Shown here piece by piece: positions 1-9,559 of a stretch of 64,000 nt of DNA. Below the pieces are notes generated by a model. It was not told where the DNA came from and did no database searches. It was given only the letters and a program-made list of their open reading frames with translations. The position numbers and the translations under genes are program-made. How positions within the stretch are numbered: the first letter of the stretch is position 1; the number at the start of each line of letters is the position of its first letter. The stretch spans positions 58,764-122,763 of the forward strand of contig DIDS01000009.1 in the NCBI GenBank assembly GCA_002418265.1, in the 5' to 3' direction. This DNA is from Acidimicrobiia bacterium UBA5794. Its GTDB lineage: Bacteria > Actinomycetota > Acidimicrobiia > Spongiisociales > UBA5794.

Positions 1-2
1 AG

Positions 3-216
3 TCGGCGCTGTTTCTCGTTGGAGGTGTCAAGTCTCTTCGGGCAGCAACAGGTTTGGGGATCAACACCGCCATTGACAACACTCTACGGGAGTTCACGCC
101 TGCCACAGATGTCGCCGCACTCCCCGACCGCCTGGTTGCCGTCCACGACCGGGGCTTCGCCGCTGACCTCGACGAGGTGACATCGGTAGCGTTGGCGTGG
201 GAGCCGCCGATCGGGT
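3..216 (+). CDS. 3' end of an upstream gene (partial, function unknown)
   Basis: Frame 3 is open from the window edge to TAA at 214-216 with high-GC codon usage. It is not in the ORF track because it lacks a start codon in the window. Convergent with recQ. Confidence 0.3.
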
Positions 217-252
217 AAAAGGCTTGCGAGACCTTCACACCGACACCAAACG

Positions 253-1896
253 TCACCGATCCACCGAATTGGTGGCGACTGCAATCGCATTGAGAAACAC
301 TTCACCGTACGTCGCGAGCTTGACTGCGCCAACACCCGAAATTGCAAGAAATTCAGATGCCGATGTTGGACGGGTTTCAGCCATCTCTCGAAGAGTGGCG
401 TCATTGAAGACCTGGTATGCCGGCGCATTCTTCGCGTCGGCAATTCGTTTCCGGAGCCCGCGAAGTTCTTCGAACAGATCAACAGCAGCGGGATCAAGAT
501 CGACTGTTGGTGCAACAGTGCGCCGAGCGCTTGGTGCTGTCACGGAACGGAGGTCGATACCGAAATCGGTGCAGTTGTCACAGCTCGACTCGCACTCGTC
601 CATCCGTTCGCCAAAGTACCACGCAAGGCCCATGTGGCGGCATCGATGCCCTTCGGCGAACCGGTACATCAGGCGGACGTGCTGCTGCTGGGACCGCTTG
701 TCGTCGCTTCCCGACACCATCCGTTCGAGTTGGATCACATCGGCCCATGAGTAGAACAGGTAGCAGTCCGCGTCGAGTCCGTCGCGGCCCGCGCGTCCGA
801 TCTCCTGGTAGTAGCCCTCGATCGATTTGGGCATGTCTCGATGGATGACGAACCGAACGTTTGATTTGTCGATACCCATTCCGAAGGCGATCGTTGCACA
901 CACGACGTCGATGTCGTCTCGGATGAATTCGTCCTGGATCCGAGTCCTGTCATCGGATTCCATACCGGCGTGATACGAACCAGCCTTGATCCCGAGAGAG
1001 CGGAGGTATGCAGCCGTCGAGTCGGCGCTCTTGCGCGACAGTGTGTAGATGATCCCCGACTCGCCTTTGCGATCAAGACAGATTTTTCCGATCGAGTCCT
1101 TCACCTTGATTCGCTCGGCTCCGTCACCGCCCTTCTTGAAAACGTGAATCCTCAGGTTGGGACGAAAGAACGACGTGTTCACCATGCGTGGATCCTCAAG
1201 GTGAAGCTGTTCGACGATGTCTCGTTGGACCCGTTCGGTCGCGGTCGCCGTCAGCGCAAGAACCGGCGTCCTCCAACGTGTCTTGATGTCAGCAAACTGA
1301 CGGTACGCAGGTCGGAAATCGTGACCCCATTGTGAGATGCAATGTGCCTCATCGACAGCAACGAGACGGAGATCGGTCTGATCCAACACCGGTCCGAGTG
1401 AGGCGACAAGGCCCTCGGGAGCTGCATATACGAGTTGGTATTCGCCTCGCTTGAGCCGCTCGATGCGATCACTCCGCACATCAAGGTCGATGCTGGAGTT
1501 GAGGAAGGTTGCAGCAATACCGACCTCATGTGCAGCGTCAACCTGGTCCTTCATGAGTGCGATGAGTGGGGAGACCACCAGCGTCGTGCCACCGATCAGC
1601 CTCGATGCGAGTTGGTAGGTCAGCGACTTGCCCGATCCCGTTGGCATGACTGCCAGGCAGTCCTTCGACGCCAGTGCTGCTTCGATCACATCACGTTGGC
1701 CGGCGCGAAATTCGTCGTATCCAAACGTGTCCTTGAGCTCTCGCAAGAGCGTCGCGTCGTCCACCACGACGGGATCACGGTCCGGAATCAGCCTCGCTTG
1801 TTGCCCAACGGGTGATGTCTGTGCCTGAGCGTCATCGCCAATCTCAGTTGCAAGACCGGCCCAATAGGCATCATCGAATTCGTCGCCAGAAGTCAT
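253..1896 (-). CDS. recQ: ATP-dependent DNA helicase RecQ
   Basis: 547 aa. Carries a DEAH-box helicase core ([33 protein letters not shown]), a C-terminal RQC zinc module ([12 protein letters not shown]...CESSCDNC) and an HRDC-like tail. Confidence 0.9.
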   Translation of the reverse strand: MTSGDEFDDAYWAGLATEIGDDAQAQTSPVGQQARLIPDRDPVVVDDATLLRELKDTFGYDEFRAGQRDVIEAALASKDCLAVMPTGSGKSLTYQLASRLIGGTTLVVSPLIALMKDQVDAAHEVGIAATFLNSSIDLDVRSDRIERLKRGEYQLVYAAPEGLVASLGPVLDQTDLRLVAVDEAHCISQWGHDFRPAYRQFADIKTRWRTPVLALTATATERVQRDIVEQLHLEDPRMVNTSFFRPNLRIHVFKKGGDGAERIKVKDSIGKICLDRKGESGIIYTLSRKSADSTAAYLRSLGIKAGSYHAGMESDDRTRIQDEFIRDDIDVVCATIAFGMGIDKSNVRFVIHRDMPKSIEGYYQEIGRAGRDGLDADCYLFYSWADVIQLERMVSGSDDKRSQQQHVRLMYRFAEGHRCRHMGLAWYFGERMDECESSCDNCTDFGIDLRSVTAPSARRTVAPTVDLDPAAVDLFEELRGLRKRIADAKNAPAYQVFNDATLREMAETRPTSASEFLAISGVGAVKLATYGEVFLNAIAVATNSVDR

Positions 1897-1949
1897 CGAG
1901 CGAGCATACGTCAGGCGAGGCGTCTCCCACGCGGAAACGTTTCTGGTCG

Positions 1950-2495
1950 TCAGTGATCGTCAATCGAGATCTGGAGTTCGCCGTACTCAAATTGGGCCTT
2001 GAACTCGATCTCATCGTCACCGTGGTCGTTCTGCTTGAACTTGACCTTGACCTCTTCGGGACCGCTGTGTTCGATCTCCACCTTCCACCCGGGGTTCGGC
2101 ACGGCACCCGAAAACGTCACGGATTGGTCACTGATCGCGATCCGTACCGTGCCGCCGTCGGTGCTGTAGGTCTTGGTGGAAGTCGTCGGCTGGGTCGTCA
2201 CAGGCGAGGGGGGAGGTACCGGAGCCATGGTCGATCCGATCGTCTCAGAAATCGGTGGTATGACGGTCTCCGAGGATGTTGCCGGCACGGTTGTGGAAAC
2301 CGTCGACGACGCCGTTGCTGATTGGATCGTTGTTGATACCGTGTCGACGGCAAGGGCGGCAGCGGTCGGCGAACCAAGAGCCGTTGGCTTCTCCGTGACC
2401 TGTGAACGCACACTACTGACAGCGGCGCCGGCGATCACGACCGAGACGATGGTCGCACCGATCCAGGCGATCGAAAGTCCAAGTCCTCGTCTCAT
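1950..2495 (-). CDS. secreted Ser/Thr/Pro-rich hypothetical protein
   Basis: An internal start ([23 protein letters not shown]) gives a signal/anchor sequence. It is followed by a long S/T/P-rich linker and a roughly 80-aa C-terminal domain. No recognisable family. Confidence 0.45.
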   Translation of the reverse strand: MRRGLGLSIAWIGATIVSVVIAGAAVSSVRSQVTEKPTALGSPTAAALAVDTVSTTIQSATASSTVSTTVPATSSETVIPPISETIGSTMAPVPPPSPVTTQPTTSTKTYSTDGGTVRIAISDQSVTFSGAVPNPGWKVEIEHSGPEEVKVKFKQNDHGDDEIEFKAQFEYGELQISIDDH

Positions 2496-2606
2496 GCCCA
2501 CAGTCTCCCCCGAGATCACCACTATTGAGCTAACTGCTGGTTAACGGTGCACCATGTGTTGGGTAACCAAGAGTCCGGAGGCAATCTGGCTCGGTAACGT
2601 GGTGTC

Positions 2607-3290
2607 ATGGCAGCGATCCTGATCATCGAGGACGAGCAACGAATCCGCGAATCTCTTGCGAAACGTCTCGCCGAGCGTGGACACGACGTCGAGACCGTCA
2701 CCAATGCCATGGACGGGATCCAACGCGGTATCTCCGGCGATTTTGACGTGGTGATCCTCGACCTGGGACTTCCTGATCTTGATGGCACCGAAGCGCTTCG
2801 AATGATCCGGGCCGTCAGCGACGTGCCCGTCGTTGTCGCAACCGCCCGAGACGACGAAACGGACATCATCGCGGTTCTTGATGCCGGGGCAGACGACTAT
2901 GTTGTCAAGCCCTACTCCGCTGACCATTTGGCAGCGAGGATCCGTGCCGTCATGCGACGCACGTCCGATGCACCGGAAGACCACGTTGTTGTGGTCGGTG
3001 GTCTCCGACTGGATCGGGACAGCCATGAAGTGACACTCGACGGTGTCCCCCTCGAATTGACCGCCCGAGCCTTCGACCTGCTTGCGTACCTGGCGTCGAA
3101 CCCCAACAAGTTGGTGAGCAAGCGCGAACTGATGGCGGAGGTCTGGCATCAACCGTATGGGGGTGCGGACAAGACTGTCGATGTGCACGTCTCCTGGCTG
3201 CGCAAGGCACTCGGCGAAACCGCAACCGAGCCGGTCTACCTCCACACAAAACGCGGTGTCGGTGTCCGACTCGTGGACCCGACGCGGTGA
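2607..3290 (+). CDS. OmpR-family response regulator
   Basis: Receiver domain (IIEDE...VVILDLGLPDLDG, KPY) plus a winged-helix DNA-binding C-terminus (LTARAFDLLAYLASNPNKLVSKRELMAEVW). Overlaps the downstream kinase by 4 bp. Confidence 0.9.
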   Translation: MAAILIIEDEQRIRESLAKRLAERGHDVETVTNAMDGIQRGISGDFDVVILDLGLPDLDGTEALRMIRAVSDVPVVVATARDDETDIIAVLDAGADDYVVKPYSADHLAARIRAVMRRTSDAPEDHVVVVGGLRLDRDSHEVTLDGVPLELTARAFDLLAYLASNPNKLVSKRELMAEVWHQPYGGADKTVDVHVSWLRKALGETATEPVYLHTKRGVGVRLVDPTR

Positions 3291-4591
3291 GACGACGCCT
3301 GATCCTTCTCTCGATTGCCGTCACCGGCATGGTCGTTCTTGCGTTCCTCGTCCCCCTGTTCATCCTTGTCTCGGATCTTGCACGCGACTCGGCCATCTCG
3401 GCTGGTGAGCGCGACGCAGAAAGTCTGGCGCGAGCACTCTCCGTCCTGACCGTAAATGAAGATCTGACGACGGCCCTCGACGTCATCGGTGAGGACCGCA
3501 TTTCCGATGTGAACGGATCCGTCATCCTGCCAAACGGCGACGTCGTCGGAGTACCGCTGTCGGAGGACAACGACGCAGACGAGCAGGACTTGACCCTGGC
3601 CGAGGAAGGAAACTCATTCGTCGCTTCCGTACCGGGAGGTGCGGCCGTCTATGTACCAGTTGTCACGTCGGCCGGCACGGCTGTCGTGCGGGTTCTTGTG
3701 ACCGATGAAAAAATCCATGCCGGCGTAGCTCGGAGTTGGGTGATCCTCGGAACACTCGGGCTCGGGCTTGTCGCTCTTGCGGCCTGGGTGGCGGATCGGC
3801 TCGGACGGTCGATGGTCATCCCTGTCAAGGAGCTGTCAGAGACAGCAGAGCGTCTCGGGGAGGGCGACCTGACCGCCCGTGTCAGTCCAGGGGGACCTCC
3901 AGAGATCGAAGAGGTTGGCCTTGAATTCAATCGTCTCGCGGATCAGATCGGGCGACTGCTCCAAGAAGAACGAGAAACAGCTGCCGATCTGGCACATCGC
4001 CTTCGAACACCGCTCACCGCGGCGCGCCTCACCGTGGATGGTCTCGAGGATTCCTCATACAAGGACCGCCTCGTCTCTGATCTCGACGAGCTCCAGCGAA
4101 CAACGGACTACATCATCCGTGAGGCGAGACGACCGGTCCGCCAGGAAGAGCATGCCTGGTGCGACCTCGGCACGGTTGTTGCAGACCGCGTCCGGTTCTG
4201 GGAACCGCTCGCAACCGAGCAGGAACGCGACATCTCGGTCACCGTCACCGACCTGCCGACACCGGTGTCGGCACCAGCAGTTGATATTGAAACGGCGATC
4301 GATGCACTCATCGAGAACGCGATCTCACACACGCAGCCTGGTATTCCGTTTGGAATCACCGTTTCACGCGTCGGGTCATTCGCACGCTTCGTAATCGAAG
4401 ATGGTGGGCCGGGGCTGCCTGCAGAATTTGAGCTCAAGCGTGGAATGTCTCACGGTGACTCGACCGGACTCGGACTCGACATCGTCAGAAGAACCGTCGA
4501 GTCCGTCGAAGGTGCTCTCTCCATCGGGCGTTCTGAGTTGCTCGGCGGAGTGAGGATCCAACTCGACCTGCCGCTGTCAACGCCGTCCTAA
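3287..4591 (+). CDS. sensor histidine kinase (HAMP/HisKA/HATPase)
   Basis: N-terminal TM segment, H-box HRLRTPLTAARL, and G-boxes GLGLDIVRRTVE in the C-terminus. Translationally coupled to the regulator. Confidence 0.85.
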   Translation: MRRRLILLSIAVTGMVVLAFLVPLFILVSDLARDSAISAGERDAESLARALSVLTVNEDLTTALDVIGEDRISDVNGSVILPNGDVVGVPLSEDNDADEQDLTLAEEGNSFVASVPGGAAVYVPVVTSAGTAVVRVLVTDEKIHAGVARSWVILGTLGLGLVALAAWVADRLGRSMVIPVKELSETAERLGEGDLTARVSPGGPPEIEEVGLEFNRLADQIGRLLQEERETAADLAHRLRTPLTAARLTVDGLEDSSYKDRLVSDLDELQRTTDYIIREARRPVRQEEHAWCDLGTVVADRVRFWEPLATEQERDISVTVTDLPTPVSAPAVDIETAIDALIENAISHTQPGIPFGITVSRVGSFARFVIEDGGPGLPAEFELKRGMSHGDSTGLGLDIVRRTVESVEGALSIGRSELLGGVRIQLDLPLSTPS

Positions 4592-4690
4592 AGACTTTTT
4601 CCGTTCGTTTGCGGTCGATTAGCGCAGCGTTATCTCGCATTGACGCATGGTGTACCAGGAATCAGTACGAGTCGATCAAAGGAGATACAC

Positions 4691-5290
4691 GTGGCCACAA
4701 AGCGAAGCCCCAAGAAGATCACAGGATCACTGATCGCCGGAGCACTCCTTGTGCCGCTGACCGCCGTCGCCGCTGCGGCGCTGGTCGGGTCCATCACCAA
4801 CGCACAGGGTGCCGAGGCAGCGTCCCCGACACCGGTCACCATGACTGTCGAACGGCCAGCCACGACACCATCAGCAACACCGGAATCGGACACGGAAGCC
4901 ACCATCGCCGCCTGCACATCGGGCGTCGAGACACTCCTTGCTGCTGAACGCGACGGGACAATCGATCCACTCCAGACTGCCGCACTCGATGCTCTGCGCC
5001 AGATCTGTGAGCAAGAAGGAATGGCAATCGACGGTCCCCCGCTTCCCGAGCCCGTGGTCAAGGTCGTGACCGTGAACCAGGCCGCGCCGGCCGGTGGGCA
5101 GGGCGAGAATCTGGCATGTTCCGACGACGACGATGCCTATGACGACGACGATGCATACGACGACGACGATGCATACGACGACGAGTGCGATGACGTCGAT
5201 GATCACCATGACGACGACCATGACCATGGTGATCACCATGACGATGATCACCATGATGACGGCGGCCACGATGACGAGGACGACGACTGA
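4691..5290 (+). CDS. secreted protein with acidic His/Asp-rich C-terminal tail (putative metal-binding)
   Basis: GTG at 4691 is preceded by aaaggag. Has a signal peptide (KKITGSLIAGALLVPLTAVAAAALVG) and four Cys. The tail reads DDDDAYDDDDAYDDDDAYDDECDDVDDHHDDDHDHGDHHDDDHHDDGGHDDEDDD. The ORF track places the start at 4640. Confidence 0.55.
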   Translation: MATKRSPKKITGSLIAGALLVPLTAVAAAALVGSITNAQGAEAASPTPVTMTVERPATTPSATPESDTEATIAACTSGVETLLAAERDGTIDPLQTAALDALRQICEQEGMAIDGPPLPEPVVKVVTVNQAAPAGGQGENLACSDDDDAYDDDDAYDDDDAYDDECDDVDDHHDDDHDHGDHHDDDHHDDGGHDDEDDD

Positions 5291-5640
5291 TGCGATGGCT
5301 CAGTGCCCTCGCAGGACTCCTCGCCGCAGTATCCGCCATCGTGGTGCTGCAGGTGATCAACACCGCACCGATCGATACGGGAGCAGACACCCAACCACTC
5401 CCACGTCCCACGGCGGTCTTCGCACCAGCAACGGTCGAGTCCAGTCCAGCCGGTCTGGTCCCCGACCTTCCCGGTGTGCCACCCGAGGTGGCTGCCGTCC
5501 TCGGTGAGTCCGGCTATTCGGTATTCGCTCAACCGGCCGAGGTTGACACACTATTGACGCCCGCAGTGGTCCAGACACTGGTGAGCCATGGGGCGATCCT
5601 GGTGGTTCCCGAACCAGACACCACAGATGGGAGCCGATGA
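5290..5640 (+). CDS. small membrane/exported Pro-rich hypothetical protein
   Basis: ATGA overlap with the upstream gene. N-terminal hydrophobic segment LSALAGLLAAVSAIVVL. No family recognised. Confidence 0.4.
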   Translation: MRWLSALAGLLAAVSAIVVLQVINTAPIDTGADTQPLPRPTAVFAPATVESSPAGLVPDLPGVPPEVAAVLGESGYSVFAQPAEVDTLLTPAVVQTLVSHGAILVVPEPDTTDGSR

Positions 5641-5975
5641 TGGCGAAGCGTATGACAGCGAGCCGAGTCGCCGGCATCACAGCATGGTCAGCAGCTGCCG
5701 TGGCATGGGGCACCGCAGCCGTCGCCTTCGTCACACCGGGATCGTCAACGGGAGCACCGGCGGTGGTGATGGAACCCCCGCCACCGCTTGCTCCGATCCA
5801 GAGCTCCGTTACGGCACCGCAGGCTTCCCTGCCCGCGATGCCAGAGACCGGACTCGTCGTTGTTCGCTATACCCCTGTCGATCGTCCCGAGGCAGAGGTC
5901 GTCGTTGAGCGCCGGATCGTTGCGGCGACGACACCAAGTGCTCGTGCTCCACGCGTGAAGAGCTCCGGATCGTGA
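5637..5975 (+). CDS. small exported hypothetical protein
   Basis: ATGA overlap. Signal-like N-terminus (RVAGITAWSAAAVAWGTAAVAFVTPG). Pro/Ala-rich. Confidence 0.4.
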   Translation: MMAKRMTASRVAGITAWSAAAVAWGTAAVAFVTPGSSTGAPAVVMEPPPPLAPIQSSVTAPQASLPAMPETGLVVVRYTPVDRPEAEVVVERRIVAATTPSARAPRVKSSGS

Positions 5976-6814
5976 TCGTCGACAAGCTCTCTGCGATGGG
6001 GACCACGTTCGAGACGCACACCGCATCCGGTGGGGAAGCCGTTGCGGTCCGACACCGCATCGCACGGCTCGAAGAACGGTTCAGCCGCTTCCTGCCCACC
6101 AGTGAGCTGACGCACATCAACACATCGGAAGGAGGCTGGCACGCCGTTTCCAAGCCGATGAGCCGTGTGCTTGAGGCAGCAGCAATGGTCAAGGATCGAA
6201 CGGATGGACTCGTTGATGTCGGTGTTGGGGCAGCGGTCGTGGCATGGGGATATTCAAAATCGTTCGACGATCTGTCGTCCCGTATCCAACGCAGCAGCCA
6301 CGGGTCACAAACTGGGTGGAAGTTGCGCGATGGAGCCGTGCGGTTGGAGGTTGGAACCAAGCTTGATCTCGGTGGCATCGCAAAGGGCTGGACATGCGAC
6401 GAGATCGTCGAATCGGGTATGGCACGCATGGTGTCCGCCGGCGGCGACCTCCGATCATCCGATCCCGACGTTGTCGTCGAAGTCGTGGACCACCTCAATG
6501 CCCCGGTTGCAGATATCCACGTCGGCCGGGGTGCCTTGGCGACGAGCTCCAGAATGAGACGTACGTGGATGACCGATGCAGGTCCAGCGAATCATCTGAT
6601 CGATCCACGGACGATGCGACCGGTGACATCGCCGATCACCCAAGCAACGGTGGTGGCCGAAACAGCTGTGGAGGCCGAGGCTGGCGCCAAGGCTGTCCTC
6701 CTTCATGGTGTGGACGGTCTGGCATGGGCAGATCAGCAGCCCTGGATCCGCCAGGCGGTTGCCGTCTGGCATGACGGATCGGTCTTTGCCACCAAGGATC
6801 GGCGTGCGGCATGA
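5972..6814 (+). CDS. apbE: FAD:protein FMN transferase (ApbE family)
   Basis: ApbE signature LDLGGIAKGW plus conserved N- and C-terminal blocks. GTG start overlaps the previous stop. Confidence 0.8.
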   Translation: MIVDKLSAMGTTFETHTASGGEAVAVRHRIARLEERFSRFLPTSELTHINTSEGGWHAVSKPMSRVLEAAAMVKDRTDGLVDVGVGAAVVAWGYSKSFDDLSSRIQRSSHGSQTGWKLRDGAVRLEVGTKLDLGGIAKGWTCDEIVESGMARMVSAGGDLRSSDPDVVVEVVDHLNAPVADIHVGRGALATSSRMRRTWMTDAGPANHLIDPRTMRPVTSPITQATVVAETAVEAEAGAKAVLLHGVDGLAWADQQPWIRQAVAVWHDGSVFATKDRRAA

Positions 6815-7416
6815 ACGTCACGTGGATCATCGTTCGAGGATCGGGGATCGCTGCCTTCGTGTTGCTGAGTGCGTCGATGGTCTGGGGATTGTGGATCTCG
6901 ACGAAGACCTTTGGTCGGGCAGTGAACGCAAAAGGACTCCAGTGGCTCCATGAGTCCCTCGGTCTTGCGGCAGTCGCCGCCACCGTCATTCACATGGTGT
7001 CGCTGTCCATGGACGAATTCATCGATTTTGGCTGGTGGGACATCATGATCCCCGGTGTCGCAACGTGGAAGCCGTTGGCGGTGTCCCTCGGTGTTGTCTC
7101 GTTCTGGTCAATACTCCTTGTCTCAGCAAGCTTTTATGCGAAGCGGTGGATCAGCCAGAGCGCATGGAGATCGATTCACTATCTGTCATTCGGGGCGTTC
7201 CTCGCCGCCCTGGCGCACGGGGTGATGGCGGGCACAGACTCGGGAACACCATGGATGACAGCCCTGTATGTGGGAGCGGGAGTGGCCGTCGCCGCCCTCA
7301 CTGCCATCCGTCTGGTGGCATCGTCGCGAAGTCAGGCGTCAGAAGTCACACGACCGACGACCGATGACCGACGAGCGATGACCGATGACCGAAAGCAGAA
7401 CTCGGAAGTCGGGTAG
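6811..7416 (+). CDS. ferric-reductase-like transmembrane heme b protein (YedZ/MsrQ-like FRD domain)
   Basis: About 200 aa with 6 TM segments. Two bis-His pairs with 12-13-residue spacing (HESLGLAAVAATVIH and HYLSFGAFLAALAH) are typical of the FRD family. The last 28 aa are encoded by heptamer repeats. Confidence 0.65.
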   Translation: MNVTWIIVRGSGIAAFVLLSASMVWGLWISTKTFGRAVNAKGLQWLHESLGLAAVAATVIHMVSLSMDEFIDFGWWDIMIPGVATWKPLAVSLGVVSFWSILLVSASFYAKRWISQSAWRSIHYLSFGAFLAALAHGVMAGTDSGTPWMTALYVGAGVAVAALTAIRLVASSRSQASEVTRPTTDDRRAMTDDRKQNSEVG

Positions 7417-7436
7417 CCAAAGTCTGAAGACCGATA
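7331..7436. repeat. heptamer microsatellite locus A (CAGAAGT/GACCGAT variants)
   Basis: Sequence gtcaggcgtcagaagtcacacgaccgacgaccgatgaccgacgagcgatgaccgatgaccg...cggaagtc. Overlaps the 3' end of the FRD gene. Confidence 0.8.
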
Positions 7437-7492
7437 TCGATCGCCTACCATTGTCGAGCGAGTACCGTGCCAACCGGCGAACAAGGGGTGCC

Positions 7493-7831
7493 ATGTCGGA
7501 AAGAGATGCAGTGAACATGCCCGACGGCAAGGACCTGCTGCGTGGAATGGGTTGGGAATCGCTTCCATTTTCGTGCCTTGGTCTCACTCGTCGGACGGGC
7601 GAGACCAAGGGCAACAGCATCTGGTCGTGGATAATCCTCATTCCGTGGTCCTCGAACGGGAAACCGTGGATCGACGGGACAGAGATCCTTCCTGCCACGA
7701 CCAAGACCGAGGCTGAAGAGCGCCAACAAATCATCGCCAAGATGCGGGGACTCCTCGACGATCGTTACGGGGAGACCGTTGCACACCGTGCGGTAGACGA
7801 CTTCATCGCCGAGATCCTCGGCGAAACATGA
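7493..7831 (+). CDS. hypothetical protein
   Basis: ATG at 7493 follows aagggg. About 112 aa with no recognisable motif. Translationally coupled to the downstream lipoprotein. Confidence 0.35.
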   Translation: MSERDAVNMPDGKDLLRGMGWESLPFSCLGLTRRTGETKGNSIWSWIILIPWSSNGKPWIDGTEILPATTKTEAEERQQIIAKMRGLLDDRYGETVAHRAVDDFIAEILGET

Positions 7832-8262
7832 TCCGTACCTTTGGCGTCCTCATCGTTTTGGCCCTGGCAACCAGCGTTGCCTCTTGCTCGAGCGTCCTCG
7901 AATTGAGCGTCGGTGACTGCTTCCAGGATTGGGAAGGCGCAACACAACTCGCCACGCAGCAGGTGAAAGGTGTCGAGACGGTGAGCTGCGACGTCCCGCA
8001 CGACAACGAGGTCTACGCCCTGGTTGAGATGACGAAAGAATCGTTCCCCGGCGCCGCTGACGTTGAAACGGAGGCATACGAGTCCTGTCTTGAACACTTT
8101 GACGCGTTCGTCGGAACACCGTATGCCGATTCACGGCTCGACTTTGGCGCCTTGTTCCCCACCGCAGAGTCGTGGGAGACGGGTGATCGAACGATCATCT
8201 GCTTCGTCTACGACGTCGAATTCCTTCGGCTGACCGGCTCCATGGAGGGTTCGGGCATCTAG
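7828..8262 (+). CDS. putative lipoprotein
   Basis: Signal peptide plus lipobox (LALATSVASC). About 125-aa mature domain with 4 Cys. Confidence 0.5.
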   Translation: MIRTFGVLIVLALATSVASCSSVLELSVGDCFQDWEGATQLATQQVKGVETVSCDVPHDNEVYALVEMTKESFPGAADVETEAYESCLEHFDAFVGTPYADSRLDFGALFPTAESWETGDRTIICFVYDVEFLRLTGSMEGSGI

Positions 8263-8266
8263 ACCT

Positions 8267-9469
8267 TCAGGACACTGGCTCCGAGCGTGTTACGAATCGT
8301 GAGACCGACAGTTCGTTGAAGACCGCCGCAAGCGCTACGGCGACCGCCAGTACCACGAGTGGCCAAAAATACGAGCCGAATGCATCCCTCCCGACACCGA
8401 TCAAGGTGGGAGCAACCCCACCCGCGACTGCTGCCGCGGACCATTGCTTCCCCATGACGGACCCGAAGTCATCACCTGCGAACCAGTCATTCATGATGAC
8501 CGGCCGCAGCGGAAGCGTGAACCCGAAGAAGATGCCGAAGAATGCAAAGTGCGCCACCATCACGACCTCGGGCGTTCCGATGATCGCAAGGATCATGGCA
8601 CCGACCAGCCCAACAACGCTCCAGGTGAGAATCGTTGTCGCTGCTACATGATGTGCCAAGCGGGGCGCCAGATACCTCCCCGGAAATGTCAGAACTCCTG
8701 AAACACCGGCCAGAATCGCGATCAACGCCACGTCAAAGCCCTGCTCCTCGAACACAGCCACGCGGTGAAACAGCATGCTGTTCATCGATGCGAACAACAG
8801 CACGACGGCGAGGGTCTGAAAGCCGAGGCGTCGATCCTCGACGAATCGTCTCCATCTGACCGGTGGCGGTGGTTTGGGACGATGGGTGGAAGGCTTGTCC
8901 TTGGGAAGGAACACGATCGATACGATGAGACCAGCGACAAGGATCGCAGTCCCGTAGGCAAATGTGGTCTGCCTCCAACCGAATTGGTCGACGGCATACC
9001 CCGTCAGTGGAAGGAACACGGGGCCTGCAAGACCCCCGATGACCACCAAGAGTGCAATGGCGTGGTTGCGCTTGTTCGCTCCGACCCACAATCCGACGGC
9101 AACGAATGCAGGTTCATACAACGTCATCGCTTGTGCTGGCCCAAGCAAAAGCCAAAACGCAAGGACGACAATCCAACCGCTGTCGGTCAGTGAAACGGTC
9201 GCAAGCGCCAGGAAGGCAAGCACGGCACCGAGGATCATCAGACCCCGCACGGCATGATGGTCCGCCCATCGACCCACCCGTGGAGCGACCAGCCCAGCGA
9301 TCACCACGGAACCACCGAACGCGAGGGACAGCAGGGAAATGGAGAACTCTCCTCCAGCTGCGTTCTCGGTGAGCAGCACCGACATCGCATACAGCTCGAC
9401 GCCGAAGGCGATGAACACGAAGGCGGCGATGGCCACAACGGTGGCACGGGGATATCGGTCAGGCATCAT
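8267..9469 (-). CDS. MFS transporter
   Basis: 400 aa, about 12 TM segments, MFS-like GRWADHH loop motif. Confidence 0.8.
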   Translation of the reverse strand: MMPDRYPRATVVAIAAFVFIAFGVELYAMSVLLTENAAGGEFSISLLSLAFGGSVVIAGLVAPRVGRWADHHAVRGLMILGAVLAFLALATVSLTDSGWIVVLAFWLLLGPAQAMTLYEPAFVAVGLWVGANKRNHAIALLVVIGGLAGPVFLPLTGYAVDQFGWRQTTFAYGTAILVAGLIVSIVFLPKDKPSTHRPKPPPPVRWRRFVEDRRLGFQTLAVVLLFASMNSMLFHRVAVFEEQGFDVALIAILAGVSGVLTFPGRYLAPRLAHHVAATTILTWSVVGLVGAMILAIIGTPEVVMVAHFAFFGIFFGFTLPLRPVIMNDWFAGDDFGSVMGKQWSAAAVAGGVAPTLIGVGRDAFGSYFWPLVVLAVAVALAAVFNELSVSRFVTRSEPVS

Positions 9470-9481
9470 GCGAGCCTAGGT

Positions 9482-9537
9482 CGGAAGTCAGAAGTCAGAA
9501 GTCAGATGACCGATGACCGATGACCGAAGTCAAGAGT
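9482..9537. repeat. heptamer microsatellite locus B
   Basis: cggaagt cagaagt cagaagt cagatga ccgatga ccgatga ccgaagt, between two minus-strand genes. Confidence 0.85.
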
Positions 9538-9559
9538 TCAGCTGTTGACCTCCACGAAG

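Noticed and set aside
197-1076. Several 100-185-aa ORFs (197..754, 417..848, 578..901, 735..1076)
   Set aside because: They lie entirely inside the well-supported recQ coding region in other frames or on the opposite strand, and are Arg/Ser/Pro-rich as expected for off-frame high-GC DNA.
4871-5411. Minus-strand ORFs with extreme hydrophobic (MAAVIMVIIVMV...) or His/Arg-rich sequences
   Set aside because: They are antisense to the GAC/GAT/CAT-rich codons of the acidic His/Asp tail, so they are compositional artefacts.
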